Assembly: GCA_949288585.1 (NCBI GenBank)
Contig: CASEKR010000002.1
Location: forward strand, 3,204-67,203
DNA length: 64,000 bases
Reading direction: 5' to 3'
Source: an uncultured Bacteroides sp.
GTDB lineage: Bacteria; Bacteroidota; Bacteroidia; Bacteroidales; Bacteroidaceae
The notes under the pieces were generated by a model that made no database searches, was not told the DNA's origin, and worked only from the letters and a program-made list of their open reading frames with translations. The position numbers and the translations under genes were made by a program. Shown here in pieces: positions 10,802 to 19,742 of this stretch (positions are counted from its first letter, which is position 1; each line of letters starts with the position of its first letter).

Positions 10802-11188
10802 TTACTTGAATATCCTTATTAGATTGGGATAGAATATCTTTGCTTTCTTGCCAACGCCCATGTAGACGAGAATAGACAACGGATAGAGGACACTGAATAC
10901 CAAGAATACAGAAATAGGAAGAACCATCCACCCGTATGAAGGAATCCCCCCGTCCACCATCCGATGGACAAAACGATACCACATGGCAAGCATACTTACA
11001 TAAAACACGCTTGATACCAAGAACTGGAAATTCAAGATATTACTGGCATGGTCTGCTATTTCACCTTTTCTATCCTTGCGACTTACCCAATAAATCCAAG
11101 GCAGCAGCACATTTAGATAAGGGAAAGACAAAACAGAGCCCAACAACACGAGGGCATGCAAACAAATAATTTCGGAATACAGTCTCAT
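10802..11188 (-). CDS. DUF4870-like small membrane protein
   Basis: Three hydrophobic segments, ILNFQ motif and C-terminal YP. Confidence 0.6.
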   Translation of the reverse strand: MRLYSEIICLHALVLLGSVLSFPYLNVLLPWIYWVSRKDRKGEIADHASNILNFQFLVSSVFYVSMLAMWYRFVHRMVDGGIPSYGWMVLPISVFLVFSVLYPLSILVYMGVGKKAKIFYPNLIRIFK

Positions 11189-11218
11189 ACGCTTTAATAA
11201 TTTAATGGTTTATGCCTG

Positions 11219-11281
11219 CAAAGGTATGCCGATTCCGATGCTATTATTTAAATCCTCTGTGCGGTTTTTTGTGCGGTTTTT
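11219..11281 (-). promoter_or_regulatory. -7 promoter element plus a tandem 12-bp direct repeat (putative operator)
   Basis: TACCTTTG on the minus strand at 11219-11226; TGTGCGGTTTTT twice at 11258-11281. Confidence 0.55.
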
Positions 11282-11322
11282 CTTACCTACTTATTTCTAA
11301 TCAGTTAGCATTCTTGAGAGCC

Positions 11323-13068
11323 TTACATTTTCCGGATAAAATCATCCCACTGCTGGGCTGTACCCTTCTCTCCATGGAACTTCTCATACAGACTTTTGCG
11401 GGCGGAAACAATGGCAGAAGTGCTACGCCCCACGATGCGGGCAATGCCATTATTGGCTATCTCTATCTTCAGCAACAGGCAAATTTTCAGTTCCATCTCA
11501 GAAAGCGGATAAACCCGGCGCAAGCGGCCAGTGAAATCTCGGTAGCAGACATCTACCGCCGCTTGCAATTCTTCCCAGTCTTCCGGTTGAATCCCCACTA
11601 CACTGTTGCACGAAGCTGCCCTGTGGAACCTACGATAGACTTCTGACTGGCGGAACAATTCTTCTCCTACAGCCTGCACCTGCAATTCTTTTTCCATCAC
11701 TTCGTGGGCAGAAACCGCCTGTTCTTTCTGCAACAACAGCAACCTATGCATTCCGTCATTCGCCTCCCGGCTTTCCTGCAACCTGTGCTCCAATTCTTCT
11801 ATCTTCTGCCTGTTGCTTTCCATCAATTGTTCACGCTGCAACCGGCTATCTTCTTCCAGGCGCGCAATCTTTTCCCGCTGAACCCACACTTGCATTTCTT
11901 TCCGCTGGCTGCGCAACCGCCAATATTGCATCAAGCCTATCAACAAGATAAAGAAGACGCAACTACCCACCAAGCATCTCCTCAACCGGACATTCGCCTG
12001 CATGAAACGCAAGGTCTCCTTTTCCCGCAAGTTGTAATTATAGAGGGCTTGCATCTTACGCAATGCACCCGCACTCGTATACTTCACAATCGTATCCGTC
12101 CAAGAGATATACCCTTGCAGGTATTCCAATGCCGCCCGACTGTTCCCTTGTTCCTGAGCCAACTTGCCCAATCCCCAACAGGCATCCCGTTTGGAATACA
12201 TATTCTCATCCTTCAACAATTCCTTATAATAATAGATGGCAGAATCCTGTTCGCCCACAGCATGGTAGAAACCGGCAGCCACAACGTTCATGGCTGGTTC
12301 TTCCAAAGATTGGGATTCCTTTATCTGTTGCCACACATACTTAGCTAAATCATACTCACCCAACTGCGTGTACAAACCGCACACCGCAATCAACGCCTTG
12401 TTCTCCAAGCAACTGTCCTCCAACGCCTGCGCATGTTCATAAGCCATCTTATAATACATCAAAGCACTGTCCGGCTTGCCACATCCCATGTATGCAGTGC
12501 CTACGCTGCAAAGCATAGCAGCCTTTCCAGGCATATCTCCCGTTTTCTCCTGAAACTCCAGACTCTTCTTATAAGCCTTCAAGGCCTCTTCATACACATC
12601 CTGAAACAAGAACAAATCCCCCATCTGAGCGTACACCGCCTTCTGCAATTCATAATAATAGCTGCCCTTCAGCAGTGCAGCCGCCTGTTGCAGGTAGTCC
12701 AACGCCTGCGGCACATCCCCCAAATCACGATACACCCGCCCGGCATAATAACAAGCCATGGGCAACAAACGGCGGTCTCCCTTATGCCCGTAATAATCCA
12801 CCACCCGACGAATGATGCTGTCCGACGTATGGGGGACACAAGCCTTGTCCGCCGCCTTCACCGTCAACAAGTGGTAATACATCCGCACCCGTTCGGGCGC
12901 ATTCCCTGCACTATCTGCCCATTGGGCCAACAACCGCAAGGCACTGTCCGGCATCACCTCCGCCAACGAATTGGCCTGCGACAGCACACGGGGATAATGC
13001 CGCCTGCCACAAGCAAAGAGACATAGGCATAAGACCGATACTACGCAGAATATCTTGAAAACTTTCAT
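11323..13068 (-). CDS. TPR-repeat transmembrane sensor with C-terminal LuxR-like HTH
   Basis: Lipoprotein-like signal (LFAC), TPRs, one TM, coiled coil and LSEMELKICLLLK..IARIVGRS..ARKSLYEK HTH. Confidence 0.8.
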   Translation of the reverse strand: MKVFKIFCVVSVLCLCLFACGRRHYPRVLSQANSLAEVMPDSALRLLAQWADSAGNAPERVRMYYHLLTVKAADKACVPHTSDSIIRRVVDYYGHKGDRRLLPMACYYAGRVYRDLGDVPQALDYLQQAAALLKGSYYYELQKAVYAQMGDLFLFQDVYEEALKAYKKSLEFQEKTGDMPGKAAMLCSVGTAYMGCGKPDSALMYYKMAYEHAQALEDSCLENKALIAVCGLYTQLGEYDLAKYVWQQIKESQSLEEPAMNVVAAGFYHAVGEQDSAIYYYKELLKDENMYSKRDACWGLGKLAQEQGNSRAALEYLQGYISWTDTIVKYTSAGALRKMQALYNYNLREKETLRFMQANVRLRRCLVGSCVFFILLIGLMQYWRLRSQRKEMQVWVQREKIARLEEDSRLQREQLMESNRQKIEELEHRLQESREANDGMHRLLLLQKEQAVSAHEVMEKELQVQAVGEELFRQSEVYRRFHRAASCNSVVGIQPEDWEELQAAVDVCYRDFTGRLRRVYPLSEMELKICLLLKIEIANNGIARIVGRSTSAIVSARKSLYEKFHGEKGTAQQWDDFIRKM

Positions 13069-13209
13069 CAGTATAAGGGCTAAAACAAGGCGCAAAGATA
13101 GGCATTAATCAGCCATCATACTTCATCCTCCTGCTCATAATAAATAGTCGATACCTTTCATGAAAGTTTCCCGGTTCCAATGCCTTAAGCAATCCGAGAA
13201 CGGCTACAC

Positions 13210-13941
13210 TCAATAAGTGTCGCTGAACGAAATACTTCCCGAAGCACCACCGCCCACAGGCCCGCTCACGCTAAACTCCCAGTTGAAGGGCGCACTGCCG
13301 CCGCCAGTCCACCACCAATAACGATTAACAGCCGTCCGCCTTCCCGTACCGGACATCGTAAACTTATTGCCATACGAAGAAGTACCCGTGGAACAAGTCA
13401 TTACTATGCTCCAAAAACTTGATGCTTCCAAATCCAACCGGCTGGTCACACGGTCGGATGCCGCAAAACTAATGCTATGGTCATACCAGTTTCCATCACC
13501 GAATCCCAAAGCCCCATAATTGGCCTTTGTCTGAATCATGTCCGCCACAGGCGAATACTCATCCCTAAAATGGATAGCCGACTTCCACCCATTGACCGTA
13601 TGCGAAGTGAAGCCATGCCTATTCTGGAGAGTCAACGTAACCACTGCCCCCTCTTCTATTTCCTCTTGCAGGCTTTCATTGAATTTCGCAAACTCCTGCA
13701 AGATAAATCTCACATTCTTGGCCGTCAGGCGCTCCCTTTGCATAATCTCGTCGTCTATGGCCACCGTATAACAGTTGTTCACCGTGTCTATGGAAGCATA
13801 GTCATTGATAACCTGGAACTCCTCATCATAAGTCAATGGAGGCTCCCCATTCGTAACAGGTTCCTCATACCACGTAAGTTGGCATCCGGCAAAAAAGGTA
13901 CACGAGGCCAATACACACATAACCCATCTCAATTTTTTCAT
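13210..13941 (-). CDS. Hypothetical lipoprotein
   Basis: Lipobox FAGC; own TATCTTTG element at 13973-13980. Confidence 0.7.
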   Translation of the reverse strand: MKKLRWVMCVLASCTFFAGCQLTWYEEPVTNGEPPLTYDEEFQVINDYASIDTVNNCYTVAIDDEIMQRERLTAKNVRFILQEFAKFNESLQEEIEEGAVVTLTLQNRHGFTSHTVNGWKSAIHFRDEYSPVADMIQTKANYGALGFGDGNWYDHSISFAASDRVTSRLDLEASSFWSIVMTCSTGTSSYGNKFTMSGTGRRTAVNRYWWWTGGGSAPFNWEFSVSGPVGGGASGSISFSDTY

Positions 13942-14080
13942 AATAATAAGGATTTAGTCTAATTAAACATCACAAAGATAAGCATTAAACCTATACCGGC
14001 GGCCTACTCTCCCACCATTTTTTATTAAGCCGGAATCCTATTTGCTTATGCACAAGAATCCAAGATTATCCGAGACCTCT

Positions 14081-15184
14081 TCATTCCATGGCAAAAAGCA
14101 CCAATATCGGATTCGGCTCCTTATCCAACAACGGAAGAAGTTGCTGCTTCACCTCGGCTGGCAATTCTTCCGAGTAGTTCAGCAACGCCAAGAACCTGTT
14201 GCCAACCACTCCCTCTATTTGGGAAATGCCCTGAAGCCGACTTGCCTTTAGCAAATCCACCTTCTTCGCAGGGCTGTCTCCCGTCTTTGGAATCAGCAGA
14301 TAAGTAGCCGACGGAGTAATAAACGGCGTACATACCAAGTATTTATCGTTCTCGTAAATGCTGATTATGTCCTTGATATAACGGTTTTCCTGAAGGAACT
14401 TCTGCGGATTTCCCTCCAACTCTTTCAAAGTCCCTTCCGGAACATAATCATCCGAAACAATCGTAAACACTTTTTCCAGTTCCCTATCCGGAGATAGGGA
14501 ATAAATATAAGGCGTAAAGCGTTCGTTATAAAGGATACGGTTGCCGCTCCGATACAGATAATGCTTGGAACACTGCAAAACACTCAGTTCGTCCACCGAA
14601 TCATAAAGAGGCTTGCACAAGGGAGTCAATGTGTTACTCCCCTTGTCAAAACGAGCCAGTTTCACATTTTGCCCCGCCTCAAAAACATCACGCAGCAGGA
14701 ATACATCCGTATTCAAGCAACAAAACTCCTTGAAATGCTTGCCGACGGGAATCACTTCATATTCCTTAGGATTCCCCTGCTTATAACAAATGATATTCAT
14801 CCGCGCGTTGTCTGCCACATAGACATTCCCCAACGAGTCCACATCCATATCCATCAACTCGATATACTCTCCAGGCCCTTCTCCCGGCTTGACAATGGAA
14901 GACAAGAAATGCCCGGCCTCATCAAAAATAAAAACTCCGTTGTTCTGTATCCGGTCGAGGACATAGTATTTCCCATTCCGATAGAGAATCTTGTTGATAT
15001 ACCCCAACAGGCATTCATCCTTGGTTTCCAGCGGGATGAATGTTACATCCGTCACATTCACAGTGCCAGTCTCAACCTCATCCCAAAGAATAGAAGTCCC
15101 CTCATCTGCCTCAGCAGACTTAGGAGCACAAGAGATTACACACAAAATAAGCAAAGGCAGAACAAGTAAACACAATCTATTCAT
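14081..15184 (-). CDS. 6-bladed beta-propeller lipoprotein
   Basis: ISC lipobox, IPLETKDECLLG and GEGPGEY motifs typical of NVEALA-associated propellers. Confidence 0.75.
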   Translation of the reverse strand: MNRLCLLVLPLLILCVISCAPKSAEADEGTSILWDEVETGTVNVTDVTFIPLETKDECLLGYINKILYRNGKYYVLDRIQNNGVFIFDEAGHFLSSIVKPGEGPGEYIELMDMDVDSLGNVYVADNARMNIICYKQGNPKEYEVIPVGKHFKEFCCLNTDVFLLRDVFEAGQNVKLARFDKGSNTLTPLCKPLYDSVDELSVLQCSKHYLYRSGNRILYNERFTPYIYSLSPDRELEKVFTIVSDDYVPEGTLKELEGNPQKFLQENRYIKDIISIYENDKYLVCTPFITPSATYLLIPKTGDSPAKKVDLLKASRLQGISQIEGVVGNRFLALLNYSEELPAEVKQQLLPLLDKEPNPILVLFAME

Positions 15185-15207
15185 GACTTAAAACAATAAA
15201 GAGCACT

Positions 15208-15510
15208 CTACATATTACGAGGAGTAAAATTAACCCATGTACCACGTTGGCAATAATCGTTTCCACCCCATGCACAATCACGACGGTAGGTAGTTTTTAT
15301 GCCATAAGAAAGAACTTCAGTTGATATTATTTCATCATAAATCTTCTTATCCGTGTATATAGTTCCACCCAATTCTCCACTTGCCAACGCTTCAACATTA
15401 GCTAAAATCAAAGGATCAATACTCCTTTTCATTTGTTGAGACTTGTAGACTACAATACTTGCTACCATTAACACACAAACAATTGATAACTTTAAAAACT
15501 GTTTTTTCAT
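15208..15510 (-). CDS. NVEALA-domain secreted peptide
   Basis: Signal-like N-terminus, exact LANVEALASGE motif and a C-terminal Cys pair. Confidence 0.85.
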   Translation of the reverse strand: MKKQFLKLSIVCVLMVASIVVYKSQQMKRSIDPLILANVEALASGELGGTIYTDKKIYDEIISTEVLSYGIKTTYRRDCAWGGNDYCQRGTWVNFTPRNM

Positions 15511-15566
15511 TTCTTATTAAAAAATTAGATTTACATTTCAAACGAATTTTAAAGGCGCATATATCC

Positions 15567-15941
15567 TTATATGATTTCAAAATCTCCCCAATATAGCACC
15601 CCATCCAATTTAATTTCTATATGATAGGCTTTGCCTTTCGGATCGTCTATTTCAAAAGCATAGGACAATTCACCATTACTCATGTCTGGCGACTCTGAAA
15701 AGACCACCAAACCGTCCTCATTTTCCACGGTTATCCATAAGCCTTCACATGGCGAAGCAAAACGAATATAGACAGTCCGGCCATCATGGGTAACAATAGG
15801 ATCTATATGGATAGAGCGATCCTCTAAAGTCCTATTATCCCTTATATCTTTATATATAAACACTTCCCTCTCTTCCGACTTCACATTACAAAGGACACAT
15901 AGCAGCATCCCAATACAACAAAATAAAACTTTCATATTCAT
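15567..15941 (-). CDS. DUF3244-like secreted protein
   Basis: Signal peptide, RS..P..V and C-terminal YWGDFEI; usual neighbour of TPR-HTH genes. Confidence 0.7.
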   Translation of the reverse strand: MNMKVLFCCIGMLLCVLCNVKSEEREVFIYKDIRDNRTLEDRSIHIDPIVTHDGRTVYIRFASPCEGLWITVENEDGLVVFSESPDMSNGELSYAFEIDDPKGKAYHIEIKLDGVLYWGDFEII

Positions 15942-15969
15942 AAGCCAACAATTTAAAATTTCGTTGTCG

Positions 15970-16081
15970 CAAAGATAGTGGCTTATAGATTTGGCAATTA
16001 AGAATCAAGTGTACAAAGCTGTGTACATTTTCAGTTTAACATGTACAACAACACACAGTGCAGTGTACAAAACCGTGTACA
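15970..16081 (-). promoter_or_regulatory. -7 promoter element plus five TGTACA boxes
   Basis: TATCTTTG on the minus strand at 15970-15977; TGTACA at 16010, 16022, 16042, 16064 and 16076. Confidence 0.6.
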
Positions 16082-16109
16082 TAGCACCATACTAAACAGA
16101 ATATCAACA

Positions 16110-17858
16110 CTATAAAGAATACACGACATCATCCCAATTCCGTGGTTCACCCTCTACGCCATAAACCTTTTTGTACATTCTCCGACGTGCGGCTGTAATG
16201 CTTTCTTTACCATGTGCAGTCAATACAGCAATCTCTCCTGGACGAATGCCCAACTTTATCAATAAACAAATATGGTATTCATGCTCACTAAAACCTGCAT
16301 AGAGGGCATATAATTTCTCTTTAAAGTCCGGGCATAAAATATGGATCTCTTTTTCTATTCGCTCCCAATCAGCTTGTCTTAACTGCTTGACACATTTATT
16401 GGCCACAGACAAACGGGCTAACAATTCCTTACGAATATCCGATTTTTCAATCACTTCTGCTACTTGTTTTTGCATCTCCAAAGCTGCCCGCGCCTGCTCA
16501 TTCTCGTGAAGCATCCTCTCACGCTGCAACTCCAACTGCATTCTCAACGTGTCATCCGCCTCACGCAACTTCCGTTCCAAATCTGCCACTTTCTGTTCAT
16601 TCTCCCAAATAAATTGCTCACTCCGTTGCTGCAATTCTTCTTTGATACGGTTTGCCTTTTCCAGACGAGCCGCCAATTCGGACTTCTTCCGGCGAGCATA
16701 TTGCACATACGCAAAAGCGAAAGCCAAGAATAAAATACAAATACCCAAACTCCCATAAAACAGCCACACCCTTTGCTGCCTTTCTTCCTTCAGGTGCAAA
16801 TTTTCTTTCTCGCGCAACCGATAGTTATACAAAGCATGTGCCCGACGAATGGTCTCGACATCGGTCAAATGACGAATCGAGTCATCATATACCTGATATT
16901 GTACAAAATGCTCCAAAGCTGCATCGAAATCCTTTCTACGCATAGCAACCTGTGCCAAGGCAAAGTGTGCCATTTCCTTGGCATACACCGTGCCGCAATC
17001 CAATAATTCAGTCCAATAATAAATCGCAGAATCTAACCGCCCCGTATAATTATACAATTTCGCCGCCATAGAATAAAGCCCGCTCCGGCTGGCCTTATTC
17101 CTATCTTTGAAAGCCTCACGCAAATACGCTTCTACCTGGTCATACTGCTCTAACCCAAGATACAGGCTGGCCAATTGGCTCTGCGCCACCTGCAACATAC
17201 CCGGCATTCCCTTTTCCAAAGCAAAATCCATCGCTTTCTGCGAATAGTACAAGGCACTATCCATCTGCTCCAACCCTTGATAGGCGGTTCCCATATCCCG
17301 CAACGCATAAACCTGCCCCTTGATATCCTTAGCTTCCACGCTACAAGCATACGCCTTCCGATACATCTCCAACGCCTCCCCATACATCTCCTGATACAGG
17401 AACAGCGTCCCCGTCTGGCTGTAAATCTTCCCGGCCAAACGCTCCTCGCCCTGCGGGGGAAGCGCCTCCGCCGCCCGCTCGAAGTAGTCCAACGCCTGCG
17501 GCGCGTCCCCCATGTCGCGGTACACCCGCCCGGCATAATAGCAGGCTTCGGGCAACAAACGGCGGTCGCCCTTCTGCCCGTAGTAATCCACCACCGGGAG
17601 GATGACGCTGTCCGACGTATGGACGACATACGCCTTGTCCGCCGCCTTCACCGTCAGCAGGCGGTAGTACATCCGCACCCGCTCGGGCGCGCCGGGCACG
17701 CTGTCCGCCCAACGGGCCAACAACCGGCGGGCACTGTCCGCATCAGTCTCCGCCAACGAATCGGCCTGCACCAGCACACGGGGGTACGGCCGCCCGCCAC
17801 AGGCAGAGAGGCAGAGGCACAAGGCCAGGAGGGCGCAAAGTGGAAGCAGGTTCTTCAT
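16110..17858 (-). CDS. TPR-repeat transmembrane sensor with C-terminal LuxR-like HTH (paralog)
   Basis: Same architecture as 11323-13068, with a highly similar N-terminal ~110 aa. Confidence 0.8.
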   Translation of the reverse strand: MKNLLPLCALLALCLCLSACGGRPYPRVLVQADSLAETDADSARRLLARWADSVPGAPERVRMYYRLLTVKAADKAYVVHTSDSVILPVVDYYGQKGDRRLLPEACYYAGRVYRDMGDAPQALDYFERAAEALPPQGEERLAGKIYSQTGTLFLYQEMYGEALEMYRKAYACSVEAKDIKGQVYALRDMGTAYQGLEQMDSALYYSQKAMDFALEKGMPGMLQVAQSQLASLYLGLEQYDQVEAYLREAFKDRNKASRSGLYSMAAKLYNYTGRLDSAIYYWTELLDCGTVYAKEMAHFALAQVAMRRKDFDAALEHFVQYQVYDDSIRHLTDVETIRRAHALYNYRLREKENLHLKEERQQRVWLFYGSLGICILFLAFAFAYVQYARRKKSELAARLEKANRIKEELQQRSEQFIWENEQKVADLERKLREADDTLRMQLELQRERMLHENEQARAALEMQKQVAEVIEKSDIRKELLARLSVANKCVKQLRQADWERIEKEIHILCPDFKEKLYALYAGFSEHEYHICLLIKLGIRPGEIAVLTAHGKESITAARRRMYKKVYGVEGEPRNWDDVVYSL

Positions 17859-18004
17859 AAGCACAAGCGAACTAATCCGGGGCAAAGATAAGCATTAAAT
17901 GTTTCCGGGTTTGCCGGGAACGAGAAAATTATCCCTGCTAACCGGCACGCCCCAACCATGGGTCAAGATACTGCCAAACACCCACCTCGCTCTTGTCTAT
18001 ACAC

Positions 18005-18043
18005 AAGACCGAGGTAAGACCAAGATACGACCGGAGAACGACT
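18005..18043. repeat. Degenerate 11-bp-period repeat
   Basis: AAGACC/ACGACC at 18005, 18016, 18027 and 18038. Confidence 0.5.
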
Positions 18044-18084
18044 TTAATAGGTAGGAAGCAGGGCTTCGGCAAGAACGGAAGGCA

Positions 18085-18687
18085 TCACCTTCCGAAGAGC
18101 CAACGGTTCAGCCAGCGGTTGATGTAGACATTGGCCACGGACAGGCCCACGCCGAGGGCCGCGCCCGCCAGGACGTCGGAGGGATAGTGGACGCCCTCGT
18201 TCATGCGCGACACGCCCACCGAGCAGGCCCAAAGGGCGGTGGGGGCAATGACGTACCACTTGGGATAGCGGATGCTGAGCGAAGTGGCCAGCGCGAAAGC
18301 CGTGGCCGTGTGGCCGGAAGGGAACGAAGGGCTGTCTTCCAGGCTGTACGGGTGGACGCGGGCGGGATAGCGTTCGTAGGGGCGGTCGCGCCCCACAAGG
18401 TACTTCAGGCCATAAGTCACCACAAAGGTGCCCGCCACGCTGGTGCCCACGTAGACGGCGTCCTTCAGCAGGTCGCGGTCGTCCTTCGCCCAGGCGGCCA
18501 GGGCCATGGCCACAGGGACGCCCACGGCCAGGTAGGGTTCGGACTTCGAGATTACTTTATTGTAATTGCGGATGAAGCGGCCGTCCCAACTGTTGACGCG
18601 GTGGACGGTGTTAATGTCCCAGTTCTGGGCCGCCAGGGGACACAGGACGGGAAGCAGGAAGGCGAAGAGGAGAAAATATCTTTTCAT
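18085..18687 (-). CDS. PAP2-family phosphatase
   Basis: K..VGRDRP, SFPSGHT and SRMNEGVHYPSDV. Confidence 0.9.
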   Translation of the reverse strand: MKRYFLLFAFLLPVLCPLAAQNWDINTVHRVNSWDGRFIRNYNKVISKSEPYLAVGVPVAMALAAWAKDDRDLLKDAVYVGTSVAGTFVVTYGLKYLVGRDRPYERYPARVHPYSLEDSPSFPSGHTATAFALATSLSIRYPKWYVIAPTALWACSVGVSRMNEGVHYPSDVLAGAALGVGLSVANVYINRWLNRWLFGR

Positions 18688-18891
18688 AACCAGCATATTG
18701 ACCGCGCAAAGGTACGCATTTTGGCGACAAGGCAAAGCGGCAGGCCGCCGATAATGCGCGTCCCGCACGGATTTATTTCCTTAATCGCTTGTTTGATAAA
18801 GGTTTTTCATATACTTTTGCAAAGAGTTAGCAGGCCCAATCTTGCAAATGACATTTTCTAAACAATTTAAATAACTTTAATTCAATCATTT

Positions 18892-19606
18892 ATGTGGTTA
18901 AGTAATTCATCTGTAGGAAGGAAAGTGGTGATGAGCGTTACCGGTATCGCCCTTATCCTGCGTTACCGGTATCGCCCTTATCCTGTTTCTGACGTTTCAC
19001 ATGGCGATGAACCTGGTTGCGCTCATATCTGCCAACGGGTACAACGCCGTCTGTGAGTTCTTGGGAGCGAACTGGTATGCGCTGGTTGCCACCATCGGCC
19101 TGGCTGTGCTGTTCATCATTCACATCATCTACGCCTTCTGGCTGACGATGCAGAACCGCCGCGCGCGCGGCAGCGAGCACTATGCCGTCACCGAACGCCG
19201 CAAGGAAGTGGAATGGGCTTCGCAAAACATGCTGGTGCTGGGCCTCATCGTCATCCTGGGCCTGATTCTGCACCTGGTCAACTTCTGGTCGAAGATGCAG
19301 CTGCCCGAACTGATGCACCAACTGGGCATGCACGCTGACACGCTGACACTGGCCTATGCCGCCGACGGCGTGCATCACATTGCCAACACCTTTGCCAACC
19401 CCGTCTTCGCCGTCCTGTACCTCGTCTGGCTGGCAGCCCTGTGGTTCCACCTGACACACGGCTTCTGGAGCGCCATGCAGACCCTCGGCTGGAACAACAA
19501 GGTTTGGATCAACCGCTGGCAGTGCATCTCCAACATCTATTCTACCATCGTCGTGCTGTGCTTCGCGCTGGTAGTCGTCGTGTTCTACATCAAATCACTG
19601 TTGTAA
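18892..19606 (+). pseudogene. sdhC: Succinate dehydrogenase/fumarate reductase cytochrome b subunit, frameshifted by a 25-bp tandem duplication as assembled
   Basis: MWLSNSSVGRKVVMSVTG start at 18892; 18936-18960 is repeated at 18961-18985; the remainder (FHMAMN..HIIYAF..HLTHGFWS) is in the +1 frame. Confidence 0.85.
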
Positions 19607-19742
19607 GTTCGTAAGTTTTTGAGTTTTTAAGTTTTTGAGTTTTTGTCCCCACAAAAAGCAATGGGGCGACTCCAAGAATGAACTTACAAACTATCAAACT
19701 GACAAACTTATAAACTACTAAACTAAAAAAACTAAAATCATC
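19604..19742. repeat. Inverted octamer arrays around a small hairpin (no cargo gene)
   Basis: Five T(A/G)AGTTNN units from the sdhC stop, a GTCCCCA..TGGGGCGAC core, then six to seven AAACTNNN units before the sdhA ATG. Confidence 0.85.
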
